From: Squalus acanthias
Taxonomy: Eukaryota
Direction of reading: 5' to 3'
Assembly: GCA_030390025.1 (NCBI GenBank)
Contig: JASTWF010000622.1
Location: forward strand, 1-64,000
DNA length: 64,000 nucleotides
Shown piece by piece: positions 11,201 to 24,500 of the stretch. Numbering within the stretch: position 1 is the first letter of the stretch; the number at the start of each line of letters is the position of its first letter. Position numbers and translations under genes: made by a program. Under the pieces are notes generated by a model. That model was not told the DNA's origin. It saw only the letters and a list, made by a program, of their open reading frames with translations, and did no database searches.

Positions 11201-14200
11201 TTGGGGAGAAAGAAAGAGACAAATACCTACTGGGAGAGAGAGAGAGAAACACAAACTGGGGAGTGAGAGAGAAACACAACCTGGGGGAGAGATAGAGAAA
11301 CACAAATTGGGGTGAAAGAGAGAGAGAAACAACAACTGGGAGAGAGAGAAACACAAACTGGAGAGAAAAAGAGACAAACACAAACTGGGGAAGAGAGAGA
11401 GAGAGAGAAACACAAACTGGTGAGAGAGACTAGAAACACAAACTGGGGAGAGAGAGAAACACAAACTGGGGAGGAGAGAGAGAGAAACACAAACTGGGTG
11501 AGAGAGAGAAACACAAACTGGGGAGAGAGAGAGAAACACAAACTGGGGAGAGAGAGAAAACAAACTGGGGAGAGAGAGAGAAACACAAACTGGGAGAGAG
11601 AGAAACACAAACTGGGGAGAGAGAAGAGAAACACAAACTGGGGAGAGAGAGAGAAACACAAACTGGGGAGAGAGAGAGAAACACAAACTGGCGGAGAGAG
11701 AGAGAAACACAAACTGGGGAGAGAGAGAAACACAAACTGGGGAGAGAGAGAAACACAAACTGGGGAGAGAGAGAGAAACACAACCTGTGGGAGAGAGAGA
11801 GAAACACAAACTGGGGAGAGAGAGAGAGAAACACAAACTGGGGGAGAGAGAGAGAAACACAACTGGGGAGAGAGAGAGAAACACAAACTGGGGAGAGAGA
11901 GAGAAACACAAACTGGGGGAGAGAGAGAAACACAAACTGGAGAGAGAGAGAGAAACACAAACTGCAAACTGTGGAAGACAGAGAGCGAAACACAAACTGG
12001 GGAGAGACAGAGAGAAACCCAAACTGGGGAGTGAGCAAGAGAGAGAAACACAAACTGGGGAGAGAGAGAGACAAACACACACTGGGGAAGAGAGAGAGAG
12101 AAACACAAACTGGGGAGAGAGAGCGAAAAACAAACTGAGGGAGAGAGAGAGAATCACAAACTGGGGAGAGAGAAAATTTCAAACTGGGGAGAGAGAGAGA
12201 AACACAAACTGGGGGAGAGAGATTAATATAAACTGAGGGAGAGACAGCGAAACACAAACTGGTGAGAGAGAGAGAAAAACACAAACTGGGGGAGAGAGAA
12301 AAACACAAACTGAGGGACAGAGAGAGAATAACCAACTGGGAGAGAGAGAGAGAAACACAAACTGAGGAGAAAGAGACAGAAACACAACCTGAGGGAGACC
12401 GAGAGAGAGAAACAAACTGGGGGAGAGAGAGGGAAACACAAACAGGGGAGAAAGAGAGAGAGAAACACCTACTGCGAGAGAGAGAGTGAAACACAAATTG
12501 GGGAAAGACAGAGAAACAAAACTGGGGAGAGACAGAGAGAAACACAAACTGGGGAGAAACAGTGAAAAACACAAACTTGGGGAGAGAGAGAAAAACGACA
12601 ACTGGGGGAGAGAGAGAGAAACACAAACTGGGGGAGAGAAAGAAAGTCAAACTCGGGAGAGAGAGATAAAAACAAACTGAGGGAGAGAGAGAGAATCACA
12701 AACTGGAGAGTGAGAGAATAAACAAACTGAGGGAGACAGGGCGAATAACAAACTGGGGAGAGAGATTAATATAAACTGAGGTAGAGACAGAGAAACACAA
12801 ACTGGTGAGAGAGAGAGAGAGAGAAACACAAACTGGGAGAGAGAGAGAAACACAAACTGAGGGAGAGAGAGAGAGAATAACCAACTGGGAGGATGAGAGA
12901 GAAACACATACTGGGGAGAGAGAGACAGAAACACAAACTGGAGGATAGAGAGAAAACACAACCAGAGGGAGAGCGAGAGAGAGAAACAAACTGGGGGACA
13001 GAGAGGGAAACACAAATTGGGGAGAAAGAGAGAGAGAAATACCTACTGTGAGAGAGAGAGAAACACAAACTGGGGAGAGAGAGAGAAACACAACCTGGGG
13101 GAGAGATAGAGAAACACAAATTGGGGTGAAAGAGAGAGAGAAACAACAACTGGGAGAGAGAGAGAAACACAAACTGGAGAGAAAAAGAGACAAACACAAA
13201 CTGGGGAAGAGAGAGAGGGAGAAACACAAACTGGTGAGAGAGACTAGAAACACAAACTGGGGAGAGAGAGAGAGAAACACAAACTGGGGAGTGAGCAAGA
13301 GAGAGAAACACAAACTGGGGTGAGAGTGAGAAACACAAACTGGGGAGAGAGAGAGAAACACAAACTGAGGGAGAGCGAATAATATAAACAGAGGGAGAAA
13401 TAGAGAAACACAAACTGGGGGAGAGAGCGAGAAAAACAAACTTAGGAGAGCGAGCGAAACACAAACTGGAAGAGAGAGAGAAACACAAACTGGGGAGAGA
13501 GAGAGAAACACAAACTGGAGAGAGAGAGAGAAACACAAACTGGGGAGAGAGAGAAACACAAACTGGGAGAGAGAGAGAAACACAAACTGGGGAGAGAGAG
13601 AAACACAAACTGGGGAGAGAGAGAAACACAAACTGGGGAGAGAGAGAGAAACACAAACTGGGAGAGAGAGAGAAACACAAACTGGAGGAGAGAGAGAAAC
13701 ACAAACTGGAGAGAGAGAGAAACACAAACTGGGAGAGAGAGAGAAACACAAACTGGGGAGAGAGAGAAACACAAACTGGGGAGAGAGAGAGAAACACAAA
13801 CTGGGAGAGAGAGAGAAACACAAACTGGGAGAGAGAGAGAAACACAAACTGGGAGAGAGAGAAACACAAACTGGGAGAGAGAGAGAAACACAAACTGGAG
13901 AGAGAGAGAAACACAAACTGGGGAGAGAGAGAAAACACAAACTGGGAGAGAGAGAGAGAAACACAAACTGGGAGAGAGAGAGAAACACAACTGGGGAGAG
14001 AGAGAGAAACACAAACTGGAGAGAGAGAGAGAAACACAAACTGGGGAGAGAGAGAGAAAACACAACTGGGGAGAGAGAGAGAAACACAAACTGGGGAGAG
14101 AGAGAACTCAAACTGGGAGAGAGAGAGAGAACACAAACTGGAGGAGAGAGAGAACACAAACTGGAGAGAGAGAGAAACACAAACTGGGAGAGAGAGAGAA

Positions 14201-17200
14201 ACACAAACTGGGCGAGAGAGAGAAACACAAACTGGGGGAGAGAGAGAAACACAAACTGGGGAGAGAGAGAGAAACACAAACTGGGGAGAGAGAGAGAGAA
14301 ACACAAACTGGGGAGAGAGAGAAACACAAACTGGGAGAGAGAGAGAAACACAAACTGGAGAGAGAGAGAGAAACACAAACTGGGGAGAGAGAGAGAAACA
14401 CAAACTGGGGGAGAGAGAGAGAAAACACAACTGGGAGAGAGAGAGAAAACACAAACTGGAGAGAGAGAGAAACACAAACTGGAGAGAAGAGAGAGAGAAA
14501 CACAAACTGGAGAGAGAGAGGAAACACAAACTGGGAGAGAGAGAGAGAACACAAACTGGGGGAGAGAGAGAAACACAAACTGGGGAGAGAGAGAGAAACA
14601 CAAACTGGGGAGAGAGAGAGAAACACAAACTGGGGAGAGAGAGAAACACAAACTGGGAGAGAGAGAAACACAAAACTGGAGAGAGAGAGAGAAACACAAA
14701 ATGGAGAGAGAGAGAAACACAAAACTGGAGAGAGAGAGAAACACAAACTGGGAGAGAGAGAGAAACACAACTGGAGAGAGAGAGAGAAACACAAACTGGG
14801 GAGAGAGAGAGAAACACAAACTGGAGAGAGAGAGAGAACACAAACTGGGGAGAGAGAGAGAAACACAAACTGGCAGAGAGAGAGAGAAACACACCAAACT
14901 GGGAGAGAGAGAGAGAAACACAAACTGGGGAGAGAGAGAGAAACCCAAACTGGGAGAGCAGAGAGAGAAACACAAACTGGGAGAGAGAGAGAGCAAACAC
15001 AAACTGGGAGAGAGAGAGAGAACACAAACTGGGGAGAGAGAGCAAAAACAAACTGGGGAGAGAGAGAGAAACACAAACTGGGGAGAGAGAGAACACAAAC
15101 TGGGGAGAGAGCAGCGAAACACAAACTGGAGAGAGAGAGAGAAAACACAAACTGGGGGAGAGAGAGAAACACAAACTGAGAGCAGAGAGAGAACACAAAC
15201 TGGGAGAGAGAGAGAGAAACACAAACTGGAGGAGAGAGAGAGAAACACAACCTGGAGGGAGACCGAGAGAAACACAACTGGGGAGAGAGAGAAACACAAA
15301 CTGGGGAGAGAGAGAGAAACACCAAACTGGAGAGAGAGAGTGAAACACAAATGGGGAGAGACAGAGAACACAAACTGGGGAGAGACAGAGAGAAACACAA
15401 ACTGGGGAGAAGACAGTGAAACACAAACTGGGGAGAGAGAAAAACAGACTGGGCGAGAGAGAGAGAAACACAAACTGGGGGAGAGAAAGAAACACAAACT
15501 CGGGAGAGAGAGATAAAAACAAACTGGAGGAGAGAGAGAGAAACACAAACTGGAGAGTGAGAGAAAAACAAACTGAGGGAGAGCAGGAGAAGAACAAACT
15601 GGGGAGCAGAGAGAACACAAACTGAGGGAGAGAGCAGAGAAACACAAACTGGGGAGAGAGAGAGAGAGAAACACAAACTGGGAGAGAGAGAGAAACACAA
15701 ACTGAGGGAGAGAGAGAGAGAATAACCAACTGGAGGATGAGAGAGAAACACATACTGGGGAGAGAGAGAGCAGAAACACAAACTGGAGGAGAGAGAGAAA
15801 ACACAAACCTGAGGGAGAGCGAGAGAGAAACACAAACTGGGAGAGAGAGAGAAACACAAACTGGGAGAGAGAGAGAGAAACACAAACTGGGGAGAGAGAG
15901 AGAAACACAAACTGGGGAGAGAGAGAGAAACACAAACTGGGAGAGAGAGAGAAACACAAACTGGAGAGAGAGAGAGAAACACAACTGGGAGAGAGAGAGA
16001 AACACAAACTGGAGAGAGAGAGAGAAACACAAACTGGGAGAGAGAGAGAGAAACACAAACTGGGAGAGAGAGAGAAACACAAACTGGGAGAGAGAGAGAG
16101 AAACACAAACTGGGAGAGAGAGAGAGAGAAACACAAACTGGGGAGAGAGAGAGAAACACAAACTGGGGAGAGAGAGAGAAACAAAAACTGGAGAGAGAGA
16201 GAGAAACACAAACTGAGAGAGAGAGAGAAACACAAACTGGGAGAGAGAGAGAAACACAAATTGTGGAGAAAGAGAGAGAGAAAAACACAAACTGGGGGAG
16301 GTAGAGATACATACAAACTGGGGAGAAAGAGAGAGAGAAAAACCCAAATTGGGGAGGTAGAGATACATACAAACTGGGGAGAAAGAGAGAGAGAAAAACA
16401 CAAACTTGGGGAGAGAGAGAGAAATATAAAGTGAAGAGAGAAAGAGAAACACAAACTGGGGAGAGAGAGAAACACAAACTGGGGGAGAGAGAAAGAGAAA
16501 CACAAACTGGGGAGAGAGAGAAAAAAACAAATTGAGGGAGAGAGGGAGAATAACAAACTGGGGAGAGAGAGAGGAACACAAACTGGGGGAGAGAGAGTAA
16601 CACAAACTGGGGGAGAGAGATTAATATAAACTGAGGGAGAGACAGAGAAACACAAACTGGGGAGAGAGAGAGAGAGAAACACAAACTGAGGGAGAGAGAG
16701 AGAATAAGCAACTGGGAGGAAGAGAGAGATACACAATTTGGGGAGAAAGAGAGATGGAGAAACACATACTGGGGGATAGAGAGGGAAACACAAACTCAGG
16801 GAGAGCGAGAGAGAGAAACAAACTGGGGGAGAGAGAGGGAAAAACACAAACTGGGGAAGAGAGAGTGAGAAACACAAACTGGGGAGTGAGCAAGAGAGAG
16901 ATACACAAACTGGGGAGAGAGAAACAGAAACTGGGGAGAGACAGAGAGAAACACAAACTGGGGAGTGAGCAAGAGAGAGATACACAAACTGGGGAGAGAG
17001 AGAGATACACAAACTGGGGAGGGAGAGAGACAAACACACACTGGGGAAGAGAGAGAGATAAACACAAACTGGGGAGAGAGAACGAAAAACAAACTGAGGG
17101 AGAGAGAGAGAATCACAAACTGGGGAGAGAGACAATTTCAAACTGGGGAGAGAGAGAGAAACACAAACTGGGGGAGAGAGATTAATATAAACTGAGGGAG

Positions 17201-20200
17201 AGACAGAAAAACACAAACTGGTGAGAGAGAGAGAAAAACACAAACTGGGGGAGAGAGAAAAACACAAACTGAGGGAGAGAGAGAGAGAATAACCAACTGG
17301 GAGGACGAGAGAGAAACACAAACTGGGGGGGAGAGAGGGAAACACAAATTGGGCAGAAAGAGAGAGAGAAACACCTACTGGAAGAGAGAGAGAGAAACAC
17401 AAATTGGGGAAAGACAGAGAAACAAAACTGGGGAGAGACAGAGAGAAGCACAAACTGGGGAGTGAGCAAGAGAGAGAAACACAAACTGGGGTTAGAGTGA
17501 GAAACACAAACTGGGGAGAGAGAGAGTAACACAAACTGAGGGAGAGAAAATCATATAAACAGAGGGAGAGATAGAGAAACACAAACTGGGGTTAGAGTAA
17601 GAAACACAAACTGGGGAGAGAGAGAGAAACACAAACTGGGGAGAGAGAAACACAAACTGAGGGAGAGAAAATCATATAAACAGAGGGAGAGACAGAGAAA
17701 CACAAACTGGGGAGAGAGAGATAAATATAAACCGAGGAGAGAGAGAGAGAAATAAACTGGGGTAAGAGAGAAACACAAACTGGGGAGAAAGGGAGAGTGA
17801 GAAACACATACTGGGGGTTAAAGAGAGAGAGAGAGAGAAACAAACTGGGGGAGAGAGAGGGAAACATAAATTGGAGAGAAAGAGAGAGAGAGAAGCACAT
17901 ACTGGGGAGTGAGAGAGAGAAAAACATAAACTTGGGGAGAGAGAGAGAAACCTAAACTGAGGAGAGAGAGAGAAGAACAAACTGGAGAAGAGAGCGAGAA
18001 ACACAAACTGAGGGAGAGAAAGATTATCACAAACTGGGGAGAGAGAGTGAAACAAAAACTGAGGGAGAGAGAGAGAGAGAGAGAAACAAACTGGGGGAGA
18101 GAGAGGGAAACACAAATTGGGGAGAAAGAGAGAGAGAAACACATACTGGGGGGAGAGAGAGAGAGAAAACCCAAAACTGGGGGAGGGAGAGAATAAACAA
18201 ACAGGGGAGAAAGAGAGAGAGAAAAACACAAACTTGCGGAGAGAGAGAGAAATATAAAGTGAAGCGAGAGAGAGAAACACAAACTGGGGAGAGAGAGAGA
18301 AACACAAACTGGGGAGAGAGAGAAACACAAACTGGGAGAGAGAGAAACACAAACTGGAGAGAGAGAGAAACACAAACTGGAGAGAGAGAGAAACACAAAC
18401 TGGAGAGAGAGAGAAAACACAAACTGGGGAGAGAGAGAGAAACACAAACTGGAGAGAGAGAGAGAAACACAAACTGGGAGAGAGAGAGAGAAACACAACT
18501 GGAGAGAGAGAGAAACACAAACTGGGGAGAGAGAGAAACACAAACTGGAGAGAAGGAAACACAAACTGGAGAGAGAGAGAGAAACACAAACTGGAGGAGA
18601 GAGAGAGAAACACAAACTGGGGAGAGAGAGAAACACAAACTGGGGAGAGAGAGAAACACAAACTGGGAGAGAGAGAGAAACACAAACTGGGAGAGAGAGA
18701 GAAACACAAACTGGAGAGAGAGAGAAACACAAACTGGGGAGAGAGAGAGAAACACAAACTGGGGAGAGAGAGACAGAAACACAAACTGGGGGAGAGCGAG
18801 AGAGAGAAACAAACTGGGGGAGAGAGAGGGAAACACAAATTGGGGAGAAAGAGAAAGAGAGAAACACCTACTGGGGAGAGAGAGAGAAAAACAAACACAA
18901 ACTAGCGGATGGAGAGAGAAACACAAACTGGGGAGAAAGTGTGAGAGAGAAACACATACTGGGGAGAGAGAGAGAGAAAAACCCAAACTGGGGGAGGGAG
19001 AGATACACAAAAACGGGGGAGAAAGAGTGGAAAACACAAACTTGGGGAGAGAGAGAGAAACACAAACTGGCGAGAGAGAGAAACTCAAACTAGGGACAGA
19101 GAGAGAAACACAAACTGGGGGAGAGAGAGAATCACACTGGTGAGAGCGAGAGAGAATCACAAACTGGGAAGAGAGAGAATAAACAAACTGAGGGAGAGAG
19201 GGAGAATAACAAACTGGGGAGAGAGAGAGGAACACAAACTGGGGGAGAGAAATTAATATAAACTGAGGGAGAGACAGAGAAACACAAACTGGGGCAGAGA
19301 GAGAGAAACACAAACTGGGAGAGAGAGAGAAACACAAACTGGGAGAGAGAGAAACACAAACTGGGGGAGAGAGAGAAACACAAACTGGGGAGAGAGAGAG
19401 AAACACAAACTGGGAGAGAGAGAGAAACACAAACTGGAGAGAGAGAGAAACACAAACTGGAGAGAGAGAGAGAAACACAAACTGGGAGAGAGAGAGAAAC
19501 ACAAACTGGGAGAGAGAGAGAAACACAAACTGGGAGAGAGAGAGAAACACAAACTGGGGAGAGAGAGAGAAACACAAACTGGGAGAGAGAGAGAAACACA
19601 AACTGGAGAGAGAGAGAAACACAAACTGGGAGAGAGAGAGAAACACAAACTGGGAGAGAGAGAGAAACACAAACTGGGGAGAGAGAGAAACACAAACTGG
19701 AGAGAGAGAGAGAGAAACACAAACTGGAGAGAGAGAGAAACACAAACTGGGGAGAGAGAGAGAAACACAAACTGAGAGAGAGAGAGAAAAAAACCAACTA
19801 GGAGGAAGAGAGAGAAACACAAATTGGGGAGAAAGAGAGAGTGAGAAACACATACAGGGGAGAGAGAGACAGAAACACAAACTGGGGGAGAGAGAGAAAC
19901 ACAAACTGGGGGAAAGAGAAACAGAAACTGGTGAGAGAGAAACACAAACTGAGGGAGAGAGGGAGAATAACAAACTGGGGAGAGAGAGAGGAAAACAAAC
20001 TGGGGGAGAGAAATTAATATAAACTGAGGGAGAGACAGAGAAGCACAAACTGGGGGAGAGAGAGAGAGAAACACAAACTGGGAGATATAGAGAGAAACAC
20101 AACCTGAGGGAGAGCGAGAGAGAGAAACAAACTGGGGGAGAGAGAGGGAAACACAAATTGGGGAGAAAGAGAGAGAAACACCTACTGGGGGAGAGAGAGA

Positions 20201-20972
20201 GAGAAACACAAACTGGGGAGAGAGAGAGAAAAAACACAAACTGGGGGATGGAGAGAGAAACACAAACTGGGGAGAGAGAGAGAGAGAAACACAAACTGGG
20301 GAGAGAGAGAGAAAAAACACAAACTGGGGGATGGAGAGAGAAACACAAACTGGGGAGAGAGAGAGAGAGAAATATAAACTGGGGAGAGAGAGAAACTCAA
20401 ACTGGGGAGAGAGAGAGAAAAACAAACTGAGGGAGAGAGAGAGAGTCATAAACTGGGGAGAGAGAGAAACACAAACTGGGGAGAGAGAGAGAGAGAAACT
20501 CAAACTGGGGAGAGAGAGAGAAAAACAAACTGAGTGAGAGAGAGAACCACAAACTGTGAGAAAGAGAACAAACTGAGGGAGAGAGGGAGAATCATAAACT
20601 GGGGAGAGAGAGAGAAACACAAACTGAGAGAGAGAGAGAAACACAAACTGAGAGAGAGAGAGAAAAAAACCAACTAGGAGGAAGAGAGAGAAACACAAAT
20701 TGGGGAGAAGAGAGAGTGAGAAACACATACAGGGGAGAGAGAGACAGAAACACAAACTGGGGGATCGAGAGAGAAACACAACCTGAGGGAGAGAGAGAGA
20801 GAGAAACAAACTGGGGGACAGAGAGGGAAACACAAATTAGGGAGAAAGAGAGAGAGAGAAACACATACTGGGGAGAGAGAGAGAGACAGAAAAACAGAAA
20901 CTTGGGGAGAGAGAGAGAAACCTAAACTGAGGAGAGAGAGAGAAGCACAAACTGGGGAGAGAGAGAGAAACA

Positions 20973-21507
20973 TATAGAAAAGATATACTTGCTCTAGAGG
21001 CAGTTCGGAGAAGGTTCACTCGGTTGATTCCGGAGATGAGGGGGTTGACTTATGAGGAAAGGTTGAGTAGGTTGTACTTTACTCATTGGAATACAGAAGA
21101 ATGAGAGGCGATCTTATCGAAACATATAAGATTGTGAGGGGGCTTGATCGGGTGGAGGCGGGGAGGATGTTTCCACTGATGGGTGAGACTAGAACTAGGG
21201 GGCATAATCTTAGAATAAGGGGCTGCCGTTTCAAAACTGAGATGAGGAGAAACTTCTTCACTCAGAGGGTAGTAAATCTATGGAATTTGCTACCTCAGAG
21301 AGCTGTGGAAGCTGCGACATTAAATAAATTTAAAACGGAGATAGACAGTTTCCTAGCTGATAAGGGAATTAAGGGTTATGGGGAGCGGGCAGGGAAGTGG
21401 ACGTGAGCCTAGGTTCGGATCAGCCATGATCCTATTGAATGGCGGAGCAGGCCTGAAGGGTCGTATGGCCTACTCCTGCTCCTACTTCTTATGTTCTTAT
21501 GTTCTTA
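20973..21507 (+). mobile_element. 5'-truncated CR1 LINE (RT C-terminus plus 3' tail)
   Basis: Encodes ...RRMRGDLIETYKI...[14 protein letters not shown]..., has the conserved 3' UTR and ends in a (TTCTTATG)n tail; inserted in the satellite. Confidence 0.93.
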
Positions 21508-24500
21508 TAACACAAACTGGAGGAGAGAGAGAGAAACACAAACTGAGGGAGAGAAAGAGAATCACAAACTGGTGAGAGAGAGAGAGAATCACAAACTGGG
21601 GAGAGAGAAAAAAACAAACTGAGGGAGAGACAGAAACACAAACTGGGGAGACAGAGAGAAACACAAACTGGTGGAGAGAGAGAGAAACAAAAACTGAGGG
21701 AGAGAGAGAGAGAAACAAACTGGGGGAGAGAGAGGGAAACACAAATTGGGGAGAAAGAGAGAGAGATAAAACACCTACTGGGGGAGAGAGAGAGAAAAAC
21801 CCAAACTTGGGGAGAGATAGAAAAGCGACAACTGGGGAGACAGAGTGAAACACAAACTGGGGAGAGAGAGAGACAAACACAAACTGGGGAAGAGAGAGAG
21901 AGAGAAACACAAACTGGGGAGAGAGAGAGAAAAACAAACTGCGGGAGAGAGAGAATCACACTGGTGAGAGCAAGAGAGAATCACAAACTGGGAAGAGAGA
22001 GAATAAACTAACTGAGGGAGAGAGGGAGAATAACAAACTGGGGAGAGAGAGAGAGGAACACAAACTGGGGGAAAGAGAGAGTATAACCAATTGGGAGTAA
22101 GAGAGAGAAACACAAATTGGGGAGAAAGAGAGAGTGAGAAACACATACTGGGGAGAGAGAGACAGAAACACAAACTGGGGGAGAGAGAGGGAAACACAAA
22201 TTGGGGAGAAAGAGAGAGAGAGAAACACATACTGGGGAGAAACAGTGAAAAACCCAAACTTGGGGAGAGAGAGAGAGAAGCGACAACTGGGGAGAGAGAG
22301 AGAAACACAAACTGGGGAGAGAGAGAGACAAACACAAACTCGGGAAGAGAGAGAGAGAGAAAGACAAACTGAGGGAGAGAGACAGAATCACACTGGTGAG
22401 AGAGAGAGAGAATCACAAACTGGAGAGTGAGAGAATAAACAAACTCAGGGAGAGAGGGAGAATAACAAACTGGGGAGAGAAAGAGAAACACAAACTGGGG
22501 GAGAGAGATTAATATAAAATGAGGGAGAGACAGAGAAACACAAACTGGGGAGAGAGAGAATCACAAACTGGGGAAAGAGAGAATAAACAAACTGAGGGAG
22601 AGAGAGAGAATCACAAACTGGGGGAGAGAGAATAAACAAACTGAGGGAGAGAGAGAAACACAAACTGAGGGAGAGGCAGAGAAAACCAATTGGGAGGAAG
22701 AGAGAGAAATACAAATTGGGGAGAAACAGAGAGTGAGAAACAAATACTGGGGAGAGAGAGAAACTCAAACTGGGGAGAGAGAGAGAAAAACAAACTGAGG
22801 GAGAGAGAGAGAATCACAAACTGGGGAGAGAGAACAAACTGAGGGAGAGAGGGAGAATCATAAACTGGGGAGAGAAATTAAAATAAACTGAGGGAGAGGC
22901 AGAGAATCACAAACTGGAGAGAGAGAGAGAAACACAAACTGGGGAGAAAAAGAGAAACACAAGCTGGGGAGAGAGAGAGAAATATAAACTGGGAAGAGAG
23001 AGAAACTCAAACTGGGGATAGAGAGAGAAAAACAAACTGAGGGAGAGAGAGATCACCACAAACTGTGAGAGAGAGAGAGAATCACAAACTGCGAGAGAGA
23101 GATTAAAATAAACTGAGGGAGAGGCAGAGAAACACAAACTGGGGAATGAGAGAGAGAGAAACACAAACTGGGGGAGAGAGAGAAACATAAATTGGGGAGA
23201 AAGAGAGAGATACAAACCCATACTGGGGGGAGAGAGAGAGAGAAAAACCGAAACTGGGGGAGGGAGTGCTCCACACAAACTGGGGAGAAAGAGAGAGAGA
23301 AAAACACAAACTTGGGGAGAGAGAGAGAAATATAAAGTGAAGAGAGAGAGAAACACATACTGGGAAGAGAGAGACAGAAACACAAACTGGGGGATATAGA
23401 GAGAAACACAACCTGAGGGAGAGAGAGAGAAACAAACTGGGGGAGAGAGAGAGAAACACAACCTGAGGGAGAGCGAGAGAGAGAAACAAACTGGGGGAGA
23501 GAGAGAGAAACACAAATTGGGGAGAAAGAGAGAGAGAAACACTTACTGGGGGAGAGAGAGAGAAAAAAAAACACAAACGGGAGAGAGAGAAACAAAACAC
23601 AAACTGGCGGATGGAGAGAGAAACACATACTGGGGAGAGAGAGAAACACAAACTGGGGAGAGAGAGAGAAACACAAACTGGGGGAGAGAGAGAAACACAA
23701 ACTGGTGAGAGAGAAACACAAACTGGGGAGAGAGAGGTTAAAATAAACTGAGGGAGAGAGAGAATAAACAAGCTGAGGAAGAGAGGGAGAATAACAAACT
23801 GGGGAGAGAGAGAGGAACACAAACTGGGGGAAAGCGATTCATATAATCTGGGGGAGACAGAGAAACACAAATTGGGGAGAGAGAGAGAGAAAAACACAAA
23901 CTGGGGAGAGAGAGAAACATAAACTGAGGGAGAGAGAGAGAATAAGCAACTGGGAGGAAGAGAGACAAACACAATTTGGGGAGAAAGAGAGAGTGAGAAA
24001 CACATACTGGGGAGAGAGAGAGAGAGAGAAAAACCCAAACTGGGGGAAGGAGAGATACACACAAACTGGGGAGAAAGAGTGAAAAATACAAACTTGGGGA
24101 GAGAGAGAGAAGCGACAACTGGGGAGACAGAGTGAAACACAAACTGGAGAGAGAGAGACAAACACAAACTGGGGAAGAAAGAGAGAGAGAAACACAAACT
24201 TGGGAGAGAGAGAGAAACACCAACTCAGAGAGAGAGGGAAACACAAACAGGGGATAGAGAGAGACACACAAACTCGGGAGAGAGAGAGAGAGATACAAGC
24301 AGGGAAGAGAGAGAGAGAAACACGAACTGTGGAGGGAGGGAGAGAAATACAAACTGGGGATAGAGAGAGAAACACAACTTAAGGGGTAGAGAGAGAGAAA
24401 CAAACTGGGGGAGAGAGAGGGAAACACAAATTGGCGAGAAAGAGAGAGAGAAATACAAACTGGGGAGAAAGAGAGAGTGAGAAACACATACCGGGGAGAG

